NCBI GenBank assembly: GCA_046075365.1
Contig: JBJTPZ010000271.1
Span: 811 to 64,810 of the forward strand
Source of the DNA: Planctomycetaceae bacterium
GTDB lineage: Bacteria; Planctomycetota; Planctomycetia; Planctomycetales; Planctomycetaceae
Direction: 5' to 3'
Length of the DNA: 64,000 nucleotides
Numbering within the stretch: position 1 is the first letter of the stretch; each line of letters starts with the position of its first letter. Under the pieces are notes generated by a model. That model saw only the letters and a list, made by a program, of their open reading frames with translations. It was not told the origin of the DNA and searched no databases. Below are positions 54,280 to 63,203 of this stretch, one piece after another. A program made the translations under genes and the position numbers.

Positions 54280-55545
54280 TCAGGGCTGCTTCTTCAGAGC
54301 CAGACAATACAGTGATTCTCGACGACCCGCTCCCTCTCCAGTCGACGTTCGCATAAACAGCTGCCCGTCGACCACAACACTCGATGCAAATCCAGAATCC
54401 CCCAGCTGATTCTGCGATACCAGTTCGTATTTCTCCGGATTTGCCCGAATCACCCACGTCGTGCCTGCTTCATTCGTCGCCAGAATCAGATCACCCACCA
54501 GCAGCGGAGAAGCTGACACAGGACCACGCAAACGCTGCTTCCAGCGCTCCTCACCCGTCTTTGCGTTCCAGCAGTAAAATACGCCCTGATCACTAAATGC
54601 ATAGACATGGCCACCAGACACCAGCATCGATTGCTCGTAACACTTCACCTTGTTCTTCCAGACCACACCCGACCCATCGGCTCGCACCGCAACCGTCTCG
54701 GAATCCGGATAGCCACCACTGGCGAATACAAGCCCATCTTCCCAAATGCAGGTACCGCATGTCGCCATCGTCAGGCAAGGAGTACTCCACAGCGGAGCAC
54801 CGGAATTCGGATCGTACGACGCAATCATGTTCGTACCGCTCAGCAATAACTGGTCGCGACCATTCAGCGAAGCCACAATCGGAGATCCCCAGTTCAGCAT
54901 CAATGGCCGCTCTCGTACCCAAAGCTGCTCACCATCAGTCAAACGAAATGCCCTGATCCACGCGGATGTATCACAGTCCGCTGTCACAATCAAAGAATCC
55001 TTGTAGATCGTGGGCGAGGCCGCATATCCGTACTCATACGCCTGCGGACGAAAATTCCCCGCATCCAAACGCCACACAACCTTACCCAGCATGTCCAGAG
55101 CCACCACTTCAATCTTTTCGTGATGACAGAACGACATGAAAACAAGCCGACCGTCCGAAGCCGCCGTGGAAGACGCATGAGTATTCTTCGGGTGCACCGG
55201 AGGAAAACCGCCCTGACTGATCGCCGTCTGCCACCGCAGACGACCGTCCTTCCTGCCAATCGCCACCACACTCTGAGTCTCAGTTGACTCGTCCGCTGTT
55301 CCCAGTACCACCAGATCACCAACAATCAGCGGCGAAGAATGACCGCGCCCCGGAACATCAGCCCGCCACTCCACATTCTTGTCACTGCTCCACTCCGTCG
55401 GTATCTGCTGGCCAGACGCAGCACTGTTGTCATGCCCGGGACCACGCCACTGCAGCCAGTCCTCGGCAGATAACTGACCGGCAAATGCCAGCGCCGCCAA
55501 CAACAGCCTCAGCAACGACTTTGATACCTGCCCTGCTAACAACAT
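54280..55545 (-). CDS. PQQ-like beta-propeller repeat secreted protein
   Basis: Signal MLLAGQVSKSLLRLLLAALAFAGQLSA. Then EDWLQWRGPGHDNSA, GHSSPLIVGDLVVLGT and repeated W/G-rich propeller blades (WRLDAG, WVRERP, WSTPC, WKNKV, WKQRL). Confidence 0.75.
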   Translation of the reverse strand: MLLAGQVSKSLLRLLLAALAFAGQLSAEDWLQWRGPGHDNSAASGQQIPTEWSSDKNVEWRADVPGRGHSSPLIVGDLVVLGTADESTETQSVVAIGRKDGRLRWQTAISQGGFPPVHPKNTHASSTAASDGRLVFMSFCHHEKIEVVALDMLGKVVWRLDAGNFRPQAYEYGYAASPTIYKDSLIVTADCDTSAWIRAFRLTDGEQLWVRERPLMLNWGSPIVASLNGRDQLLLSGTNMIASYDPNSGAPLWSTPCLTMATCGTCIWEDGLVFASGGYPDSETVAVRADGSGVVWKNKVKCYEQSMLVSGGHVYAFSDQGVFYCWNAKTGEERWKQRLRGPVSASPLLVGDLILATNEAGTTWVIRANPEKYELVSQNQLGDSGFASSVVVDGQLFMRTSTGEGAGRRESLYCLALKKQP

Positions 55546-55836
55546 GACTCACCCCGTCCAGGATGGCGATCTTTGAGCCGGAAAGAACATCTGAACCCGC
55601 GTCAGCAGCTTCCGGCAACCTCCGGTGAAGTGTCCCGAGAAGTTCCAGCAGGTCAAGCCCGCGGCCGTTCTGACTCCCGTACCGCCCGCTTTCGCGAATT
55701 TCCGGTGAATCCCGAACAGTGCCATGATGCCACTTCGCAACACATCCTCAAGTTCATCACATAACTGGAAAAAAATTCAGTTTTCGCCGCCGACACAACA
55801 CTCCCGGTACTCCTCACAGTACAGACTTCACCCCGG

Positions 55837-57117
55837 ATGCTCCGCCGCTCGAATCAAAATCGGCCTCGAACCGCACCCCAGAACTCAGTCAGTATGACTC
55901 ATTCGCCCTGCCGATACTGCTCCCTTAACGCAGCCGTAATGCTGCTGGCGGTCACCCTGATCGCCTGCGCCCCTGCCCTGCCCGCTGAAGACGGCCCCAG
56001 ACTCATAGAGCTCAAAATCGGCAACAACACCTGCACTGGTCGATTATTGCGGCGCAGTGGTGATCAGGTCTGGCTCATGGACCAGTTCGGCGCTGTCTCA
56101 CAACTGCCAGTGAGCGGCATCTCGTCAATGCGGATCATCTCCGAACACTTTCGGCTGGCTGAAAAAAAAGAATACATCGGACAGCTGCAGGATGAACTTC
56201 CACCCCACTTCACAGTCCTCGCCACCCACCACTACATCGTTGCTGCCGACGGCGACTCCACAGCCCTCTACGTCGCCGCACTCGAAGAAATCTACATCGA
56301 AGTGCATGACTGCCTGCAAAGACTGGGATTAAGCCCCGCACAGCCCAAATTGCCCCTCACGGCAGTCATCTTCCGCGATGCCGAACTGTTCAGACACTAC
56401 TGCGATCGCGACCAGATGAAATGGTCCGAAGAACTCAGCGGTTATTACTCCACAAAATCCAATCGCATCGTCGTCCTCGAACGCCACAAACTACAGCCCC
56501 GCTCAAACACTGCCGAACGCCAGATTCTCACTGCAGCCGCTGCCCGCAACAATCGATCGACGCCCGATACCGCCATGCAGCGATTGCCCAGGTCAACTCG
56601 CACAACTTTGATTCACGAAGCCTCCCATCAGATCGGATTCAACTGCGAAGTACACAGCCGACTCGCACACGGACCACAATGGCTCGTGGAAGGACTCGCT
56701 CTTTTGCTCGAAGCCGATACCCTCCGCACTCGCCAAACCCATCGCGCGCTGACTCCCTCGGTATACATCAACCCTGAACGCTTCCATTGGTTCCACAATC
56801 AGTACCTGCCCCGCTATGCACCCGGAGATCTCGCCAGGATCATTTCCTCCGATGACCTCTTCTCACAGCAGTCACTCGACGCCTACAGCCTCGCCTGGGC
56901 CTTCACCTGCTTTCTCTGCACATCGGATCAGCAGGAATTGCGACAGAACTATGCCCGCTACATCAGGCTGACAGCGCAACTACCCGGACCAGGTGCAGGA
57001 TCACCCGCCCAAAGACTGGAACTGTTCCGCCAGACCATCGGAGATCCCGACCTGCTGGAGACTCAGTTCCTGAGATTTATTCAGTCGCCGGAATTCACCG
57101 CGATCATGACGCACTGA
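55837..57117 (+). CDS. DUF1570 (peptidase MA-like) protein
   Basis: HExxH-like LIHEASHQIGF followed by PQWLVEGLALLLE, and a hydrophobic N-terminal segment AAVMLLAVTLIACAPALPA. An alternative start at ATG 55894 (MTHSPC...) is equally plausible. Confidence 0.6.
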   Translation: MLRRSNQNRPRTAPQNSVSMTHSPCRYCSLNAAVMLLAVTLIACAPALPAEDGPRLIELKIGNNTCTGRLLRRSGDQVWLMDQFGAVSQLPVSGISSMRIISEHFRLAEKKEYIGQLQDELPPHFTVLATHHYIVAADGDSTALYVAALEEIYIEVHDCLQRLGLSPAQPKLPLTAVIFRDAELFRHYCDRDQMKWSEELSGYYSTKSNRIVVLERHKLQPRSNTAERQILTAAAARNNRSTPDTAMQRLPRSTRTTLIHEASHQIGFNCEVHSRLAHGPQWLVEGLALLLEADTLRTRQTHRALTPSVYINPERFHWFHNQYLPRYAPGDLARIISSDDLFSQQSLDAYSLAWAFTCFLCTSDQQELRQNYARYIRLTAQLPGPGAGSPAQRLELFRQTIGDPDLLETQFLRFIQSPEFTAIMTH

Positions 57118-57233
57118 ATAATTCGCTGCGAATGCATTGGCACTGCTGCTCACTTTGCTGCTATCCTGCCGCAGGCTCACAGCCCATTTCCCCAATCGCC
57201 ACCTCCGTCACACAATCACCCTTATACAACTTC

Positions 57234-58199
57234 ATGGTTCAACCTGACACGTCAAACTCCGCGGTCTGGCTGGTGCTGCTCGACTGCTTACCCCCACACT
57301 TCCCAGACTCTTCCGCCGCCTCTGCCGCAACTGCCGCATCTGCCGCTGACAATCCAGCATGGCATCCCTGCGATGACCTCGACGCTCAGGGCGTTTGCTT
57401 CGAACAGTATTACAGCCAGAATCCCACTGCACACTGCTCTGTCGCAGATTACCTCGGTGGTGCCGAGGCCTTCCGGATTTTTTTGAATCGCCTGCAGGCA
57501 GCCGGAAAAGGCTGTCACTACCGAACGCTGGACGCCATACAGCCTTCTGCCACACCCCATGAATCAGGCCTGCTGGTGTTTACAGCTTCCGGCTGCGACT
57601 GCCCGGAAACACTTGCGACAGCGCTGCTGCAAATTCGCAGCCTCCACGCCCAGCACTCAGAACCACAGCACCGGCCAGCACTCATCATCACCAGCATCAA
57701 AGGAGTCAGTCGCCCCCTGCCCGAACACTTTGATTGCCCGTGTACCGAATCCGAAATCCGAGTTCCGCTGTGGATTTTAGCCAACCATCTGCAAGCCGCC
57801 AGAATCCAGATGCTCTGCGGCAGTCACGACCTGCTGCCAACAATTGCCGATTTGCTGGCACTGCCCGATCACCCGGAAATACCTGGTGCCCTGCCCTCCC
57901 AAAACACTACTCACCGCCCAAACACCCCCCGCAGTCTGCTGCAATTGTCCACGCTGCACCCGGAATCCCTCGAACGAATTCTGACGATCCACGGAAATTG
58001 CTGGACCGGCCTCCGCACGCAGCACTACTTCCTCGTGCAAACCCCAGCCAGCCAAATGGACACGACAGACTCACAGAACCGCAGGCTTTTCCAAAAACCC
58101 GACGACTACTGGAATGTGAACAACTGCCTTTCGGCCTGCGAAGAGATTGCCACGGCAATGCTGCTGGCCGCTGGACACAGTCCCGGAATCCCCGACTGA
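57234..58199 (+). CDS. Degenerate sulfatase / alkaline-phosphatase-superfamily homolog (predicted non-catalytic)
   Basis: Sulfatase-like blocks are present: AVWLVLLDCLPPHF, GVCFEQYYSQNPTAHCSVADYLGG, IRVPLWI...GSHDLLPTIADLLAL, and RRLFQKPDDYWNVNNC. The C-x-P-x-R position reads C-S-V-A-D. Start taken at ATG 57234, and no signal peptide is evident. Confidence 0.5.
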   Translation: MVQPDTSNSAVWLVLLDCLPPHFPDSSAASAATAASAADNPAWHPCDDLDAQGVCFEQYYSQNPTAHCSVADYLGGAEAFRIFLNRLQAAGKGCHYRTLDAIQPSATPHESGLLVFTASGCDCPETLATALLQIRSLHAQHSEPQHRPALIITSIKGVSRPLPEHFDCPCTESEIRVPLWILANHLQAARIQMLCGSHDLLPTIADLLALPDHPEIPGALPSQNTTHRPNTPRSLLQLSTLHPESLERILTIHGNCWTGLRTQHYFLVQTPASQMDTTDSQNRRLFQKPDDYWNVNNCLSACEEIATAMLLAAGHSPGIPD

Positions 58200-58201
58200 T
58201 A

Positions 58202-58729
58202 TCAGATCATATCCAGCTTGCGATGCCGCCGTACCGGCGGTCGAGCACACGCATCACAGATCCCGTGCACCTCAAGACGATGCCCCTTCATCCGAAATCC
58301 ATGCTCGGCCGACACCCGCTCAAGCACCGACGAAATCTCTTCGTTCCGAAACTCAACCAGCTGGCTGCACTTCTCACAAATAAAGTGATCGTGCTGCGGA
58401 TATCCGTAATCGTGCTCGTAGACCTCGCGATCATTCGAACGAGCCACCTTGCGTATCAGACCAGCCTTCTCCAGCTCACGCAATGTGCGATACACAGTTG
58501 CCCGACTGACGCGACCACCGTCACGCCGCGGCTGGGTCAGACGCGAAACAATCTGATCTGAATCAAAATGCTCGTGGTCCGCAAAAATCTCACGGACTAT
58601 CGTTTCTCGCTCCTGCGTCAGTCGCTTGCCGCGAGTTCCCAGGAACTCACGGAATTTCTCAACCGGAGAAACCGTGACCTCATGCCGGGCCAACTCGTTT
58701 GTGGCAGATTCGTTCAATGTTGGCCCCAC
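58202..58729 (-). CDS. fur: Fur-family metalloregulator
   Basis: Winged-helix VSRATVYRTLRELEKAGLI. Metal sites HDHFICEKCSQLVEF and HGICDAC, giving two CxxC pairs. Confidence 0.85.
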   Translation of the reverse strand: MGPTLNESATNELARHEVTVSPVEKFREFLGTRGKRLTQERETIVREIFADHEHFDSDQIVSRLTQPRRDGGRVSRATVYRTLRELEKAGLIRKVARSNDREVYEHDYGYPQHDHFICEKCSQLVEFRNEEISSVLERVSAEHGFRMKGHRLEVHGICDACARPPVRRHRKLDMI

Positions 58730-58857
58730 GGTCCACGGAAAATCAACGTCCTGTGCAGCCCGCCGACCACGCTCTCAGGACAGTGTTCCGCCATAGTCTG
58801 TCATCTGACTGCGGGTTTTTCATCAACAATCCACAGGACTCCCGCAATTCTCAGTTC

Positions 58858-59064
58858 TCAATCCGCCGCAAATCCTGACTGATAACGCTGCAGCATCCGA
58901 TCAAATGCCTTAGCCAGCAATTCCTCAGAATCGTACTCGCCCGCCTCGATTGCACGCCGAATCGCCGCCAGACGCTCAGCACGCTGCTGCACCGCAGAAT
59001 CCCCCGCAGCCCCCGCAGCCTGCCCAGGCTCTGGTGCATCACGTTTTCCGCGTCCTGTCGCCAT
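58858..59064 (-). CDS. flgM: Anti-sigma-28 factor FlgM-like protein (short)
   Basis: The C-terminal RLAAIRRAIEAGEYDSEELLAKAFDRML matches the FlgM signature (..IK.aI..G.Y.vd...iA.kml). The N-terminus is disordered and Gly/Ala-rich. It is 68 aa. Confidence 0.5.
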   Translation of the reverse strand: MATGRGKRDAPEPGQAAGAAGDSAVQQRAERLAAIRRAIEAGEYDSEELLAKAFDRMLQRYQSGFAAD

Positions 59065-59098
59065 GAACCGTAAGCCCCCGAGAAGGCGTGAATCCGCA

Positions 59099-59133
59099 AA
59101 ATCTGCCGCTTACACCACAATTTCGGCAGATTT
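59099..59133. promoter_or_regulatory. 10-bp inverted repeat in the flgM leader / promoter region
   Basis: AAATCTGCCG-15 nt-CGGCAGATTT lies 35-69 nt upstream of the flgM start on the minus strand. A second palindrome, CCGGATcgaATCCGG, is at 59152-59166. Confidence 0.3.
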
Positions 59134-59378
59134 CCCCGCAAATCTTACGCTCCGGATCGAATCCGGTCTACCGCGATTGCCGCAATAACAGAAATCTGAC
59201 CGCCCTGCCCTGTCCCCAACATCGTCACCTCCAGCATCACGAATGAGTTCCCACGAGGCATTGGATTGCAGTTCCCGGTCACACATGCTGGAATGCCGGC
59301 TGGATTGAAGCTGCCACCTGTAACGACTGCCAAAATCCCCGCCCATATCCCTCGACAGGTTTTCATGGACTGCAGAAA

Positions 59379-60620
59379 ATGTTCCGCGTTTTTCCCCAGA
59401 CATTCCTTTCCCTCGCCCTTCTCCTGACCTGCCATTCACTCTATGCCGACCCAGTTAAAAACCTCGAATCATGGCTGACAGCCTCCCCACTGTCTGATGC
59501 TCGCCTGAACGAACTGACCACGCAGGACTTCGCCAAACAGCCACTGACAGCCGAACAGGCAGATCGGGCCGGCCAGATCCTGTGGCGCGCACGAACCGAA
59601 TTTCTGCGTGCAGACAGAAAAGCCGAAGTCGAGGCTCGTGAACTGGTTATCGGTGACCTGAAAATGCCGTTCTGGTATCGCACGTTTGGCGATCAGCCCG
59701 CATCAGGACGACGACTGTTCATTTCGATGCACGGCGGTGGCGGTGCTCCCGCAGCTGTAAATGACCAGCAATACGAAAATCAAAAACGCCTCTACCAGCC
59801 CGCTGAAGGCATCTACCTCGTGCCACGCGCCGCCACAAATACATGGGACCTCTGGCATCAGGCACATATCGACCAGTTCTTTGACCGCCTGATCACCGAC
59901 ATGATCGTTCTCGAAAACGTCAACCCAAATCAGGTCTATATCATGGGATACTCTGCCGGCGGTGATGGCGTTTACCAGCTGGCACCCCGCATGGCCGATC
60001 AGCTTGCCGCCGCAGCCATGATGGCCGGACACCCCAATGAAGCCCGCCCCGAAGGACTTCGTAATCTCCCCTTCACAATTCACATGGGCGCACTCGACTC
60101 CGCATACGGAAGAAACAACGTCGCCGCTGAATGGGGTCGCCGACTAAAAACGCTGCAGGAAGCCGACCCACAAGGTTACGTGCACAAAGTCACTCTGCAC
60201 GAAGGTAAAGGCCACTGGATGAACCTTGAGGACAAAATTGCCGTTCCATGGATGTCGGAATTTGTACGCAAGCCATGGCCAGCCCGAGTCATTTGGGTGC
60301 AGGACAATGTCGTACATCGCCGATTCTACTGGCTGCAGGTGGATCCCGCTGTCGCCAAAGCCGGAGATCAGGTGATCGCTGAAGTCGCAGGTGAAAAGAT
60401 TCGCATCTCCGCCTGCTCTCAAACCAGTATCACCCTGCTGCTTAGTGATCGCCTGCTGACACTCAACAACCAAATCACCGTCGAATTGCCTGATGGCTCC
60501 AGCCAAATACTGCCCGTTCAAAGAACACTCTCGGTCATGGCAAACAGCCTGCTGGAGAGAAATGACCCCGACGCAATGGCCTCAGCCTCCGTCACGCTCA
60601 GCATCCCCGTAAAACCCTGA
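59379..60620 (+). CDS. Secreted alpha/beta-hydrolase (esterase / depolymerase-like)
   Basis: Signal MFRVFPQTFLSLALLLTCHSLYA. Oxyanion-type LFISMHGGGG and nucleophile elbow IMGYSAGGDG (GxSxG). Confidence 0.6.
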   Translation: MFRVFPQTFLSLALLLTCHSLYADPVKNLESWLTASPLSDARLNELTTQDFAKQPLTAEQADRAGQILWRARTEFLRADRKAEVEARELVIGDLKMPFWYRTFGDQPASGRRLFISMHGGGGAPAAVNDQQYENQKRLYQPAEGIYLVPRAATNTWDLWHQAHIDQFFDRLITDMIVLENVNPNQVYIMGYSAGGDGVYQLAPRMADQLAAAAMMAGHPNEARPEGLRNLPFTIHMGALDSAYGRNNVAAEWGRRLKTLQEADPQGYVHKVTLHEGKGHWMNLEDKIAVPWMSEFVRKPWPARVIWVQDNVVHRRFYWLQVDPAVAKAGDQVIAEVAGEKIRISACSQTSITLLLSDRLLTLNNQITVELPDGSSQILPVQRTLSVMANSLLERNDPDAMASASVTLSIPVKP

Positions 60621-60666
60621 CCGTTCCGATCCCGCCCAAACACAGCTACGCCTTCCGCCACTAGTA

Positions 60667-61782
60667 ATGCTCACAGATCTGCAGAGATTTCCGAAAGTTG
60701 TTGCTGCATTCGAGGATGGCGTAGCCCGGGGACTGCATACCGGACTGCAGATCTATGTGTCCGTCGACTGTGTACCGCTGCTTAATGCAGGACTCGGATC
60801 TGCGGCCCCCGGAAGACCACTCACCAGTGACACTCTCATGCCATGGCGAAGTGCCGGCAAACCGCTCACCGCCCTGCTGCTGCTCAAACTCCTCAGCCAG
60901 CCTGATAAACAGCTTTCCCTGCCCATCGCAACATGGCTGCCCGATGCACGGGACACCGATAAAGCAGAGATCACTCTTCACGAGCTGCTCACACATACGT
61001 CCGGTTTCCCCACCATTGACACAGGCTGGCCCCACGCATCCTGGAATGACAGCCTCAGCACTATCCTGCGAACCCCCTGCCAGCTGCCGCGCGGCACGGC
61101 CGCATACCACCCGCAAAGCAGCTGGTTCCTGCTCGCAGAAATCATCCGCGTCCTTGCAGATGATAAAACACCACAGATGAACTCGTTTTCAGAGATCCTG
61201 CAGCACAGACTGCTCACACCACTCGATATGCACAATTCATCGTGCGGCATCCGGCAGCCGCAACACCCGGAAACCGCTGTCCGATTGCCCCAGCTCTACG
61301 AACGACAACAGGGGAAACTTGAAAACAGTCCCTCATCAGAAGCACCCTGGATCGTCAGTCCCTCCGCCGGAGGCAATCTCCGCGGACCTGTCTCAGAACT
61401 CGGTGCCTTCTATGAAATGCTGCTTCGACACGGAAGAACTCGCCGTGACGAACTCTTTGTCAGCAGCCAGATTGTGCAGCTCATGACTTCCCGCCACAGA
61501 ATCGGTATGCTCGATCAAACCTTTCAGCACATTGTTGACTTCGGTCTCGGTATCATCTGTAACTCCGCAAAATACGGCCCCCGCACAGTTCCTTACGGAT
61601 TCGGAACTCAGGCCTCAGAAAACGCGTTCGGCCACGGAGGTGCCCAGTGCTCTGTCGCATTCTGTGACCCGGAAAAACAACTGGTCGTCGCCTGGGCAGC
61701 CAATGGCTTCTGCGGTGAACCCCAGCACCAGCGACGCAATCAACTTCTGAATGATGCCATCTTTGATGACCTCGGATTCTGA
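60667..61782 (+). CDS. Beta-lactamase-family serine hydrolase
   Basis: S-x-x-K in WRSAGKPLTALLLLKL. Also LHELLTHTSGF and HGGAQCSVAFCDPEKQLVVAWAAN (HxG-type third motif). Confidence 0.7.
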   Translation: MLTDLQRFPKVVAAFEDGVARGLHTGLQIYVSVDCVPLLNAGLGSAAPGRPLTSDTLMPWRSAGKPLTALLLLKLLSQPDKQLSLPIATWLPDARDTDKAEITLHELLTHTSGFPTIDTGWPHASWNDSLSTILRTPCQLPRGTAAYHPQSSWFLLAEIIRVLADDKTPQMNSFSEILQHRLLTPLDMHNSSCGIRQPQHPETAVRLPQLYERQQGKLENSPSSEAPWIVSPSAGGNLRGPVSELGAFYEMLLRHGRTRRDELFVSSQIVQLMTSRHRIGMLDQTFQHIVDFGLGIICNSAKYGPRTVPYGFGTQASENAFGHGGAQCSVAFCDPEKQLVVAWAANGFCGEPQHQRRNQLLNDAIFDDLGF

Positions 61783-61838
61783 ACACCCAAAGCCAGCATC
61801 CACAATCCAGTCAACACTTTTCAAGGAAATAAACAGCT

Positions 61839-62600
61839 ATGATCAAGGGCTTTCGCAGCCAGTTGCTCGCCGGAAAAATACTTCGCGGCACCATGCTCAC
61901 ACTGCCATCCGCGGCAGTCGCTGAAATTCTGGCTGATGCAGGGTTTGACTGGCTCTTTATCGACTGCGAACACGGTACAATCGAAACCCGGGATATCCAA
62001 AACATTCTCCAGGCCGTCGGACACCGCACTGCCTGCATCGTGCGTGTCCCGGATTGCTCAGAAGGAACCATCAAGCGAGTCCTCGACGCCGGTGCCCAGG
62101 GCATCATCGTACCGCAGGTCAATTCCGCCGCCATGGCACAGGAAGTCGTACGCTGCGCCCGCTACGCTCCGCTCGGCGGGCGCGGGGTCGGGATCGGACG
62201 CGCACAGGGCTACGGCGCACGCTTCAGCGAATACGTCAGCACTGCCAATGATGAAGTCGTTGTCATCGTTCAGGCCGAACACCGTGACGCTGTCGGCTGC
62301 ATCGAAAATATCGTCGCCGTTCCAGGAATCGACTGCATTCTCCTCGGACCCTATGACCTGTCAGCCAGCTTTAATCGCATGGGACAAATCCATGACCCCG
62401 AAGTCGTTGCTGCCATCGATCGTGTACTGCAGTGCTGCAGCAATCATCGACTGCCCGCAGGCTACTTCGGAGTCACCGCTGATGCAGTGCTCGAATATCA
62501 AAAACGCGGCTGCTCGCTCCTCGTCGCTGGCGTCGATGTCACATTCCTTGGCAATGCCTCTGTACGCATGTATAAACAAATGACTGAAAAGTCCGAGTAA
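61839..62600 (+). CDS. HpcH/HpaI-family class II aldolase
   Basis: GTMLTLPSAAVAEILADAGFDWLFIDCEHG, VRVP, GAQGIIVPQV, YAPLGGRG, VIVQAEH and ILLGPYDLSAS. Confidence 0.8.
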   Translation: MIKGFRSQLLAGKILRGTMLTLPSAAVAEILADAGFDWLFIDCEHGTIETRDIQNILQAVGHRTACIVRVPDCSEGTIKRVLDAGAQGIIVPQVNSAAMAQEVVRCARYAPLGGRGVGIGRAQGYGARFSEYVSTANDEVVVIVQAEHRDAVGCIENIVAVPGIDCILLGPYDLSASFNRMGQIHDPEVVAAIDRVLQCCSNHRLPAGYFGVTADAVLEYQKRGCSLLVAGVDVTFLGNASVRMYKQMTEKSE

Positions 62601-62760
62601 TCGGGGACTTCAGGATCGACCCGGTCCTCAAATCACCCGCCCTCGGGCACATACCAACTACCGGCAGATTCCCCGAAAAACGCTCCTTTTCAGTGTTCAG
62701 AAGTTGTTAGTCCGCTAGGATTTCCTCAGACGCGACCGCGTCGATCGTCTGGAGGGAGTC

Positions 62761-63201
62761 ATGCCGTTAAAAACAGAGAATCTGGAAGATCCTGCGCTCA
62801 ATCTCACACCAATGATTGACGTTGTCTTCCTGCTCATCATCTTTTTCATGGTCGGCGCACGATTCACAGAAGAAGCCAGTGACCAGCAGTTCGACGTTCA
62901 GTTGCCGACTGCCGCCCCACTGCAGACCCTTAGCCGGGAACCCGATCCTCTCGTTGTCGCAGTGAATCGATCCGGGCAACTTTCGCTCGGCGGACGCCAG
63001 ATGTCCCGGGAAGAACTTGGCTCGGCCCTCCAGCAGGCACGCAGCGCATGGTCCGGACAAACAGTCATTATCCGTGGCGACGGGGCCGGCAGCTATCAGT
63101 CCGTTATTGACATCATGAGCCTGTGCCATCAGTTGCAGATCACTCGATTTTCACTGGCTTTTCAGCCCGAATCAGACGGTCCAGGAAAGGCTGAGCAGTA
63201 G
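62761..63201 (+). CDS. exbD: ExbD/TolR-family biopolymer transport protein
   Basis: LNLTPMIDVVFLLIIFFMV TM motif and periplasmic domain VIIRGDGAGSYQSVIDIMSLC. GGAGGGA lies upstream of the ATG. Confidence 0.85.
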   Translation: MPLKTENLEDPALNLTPMIDVVFLLIIFFMVGARFTEEASDQQFDVQLPTAAPLQTLSREPDPLVVAVNRSGQLSLGGRQMSREELGSALQQARSAWSGQTVIIRGDGAGSYQSVIDIMSLCHQLQITRFSLAFQPESDGPGKAEQ

Positions 63202-63203
63202 CA

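Noticed and set aside
55546-55836. A possible TPP riboswitch upstream of the PQQ-propeller / thiO-like operon.
   Set aside because: I could not find the conserved CUGAGA or ACCUGAUCUGGAUAAUGCCAGCG-like elements on the minus strand. The first gene of the operon is also not a thiamine gene.
57734-58561. A 275-aa plus-strand ORF overlapping the end of the sulfatase-like gene and the antisense of fur.
   Set aside because: Fur motifs on the minus strand are unambiguous. The plus-strand translation is Pro/Arg/Ser-rich with no motifs.
59110-59439. Minus-strand ORFs of 109 and 96 aa between flgM and the esterase gene.
   Set aside because: They overlap the esterase signal-peptide region and the flgM leader. 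They are Gly/Arg-rich and have no recognisable family. The region is better explained as a divergent promoter region.
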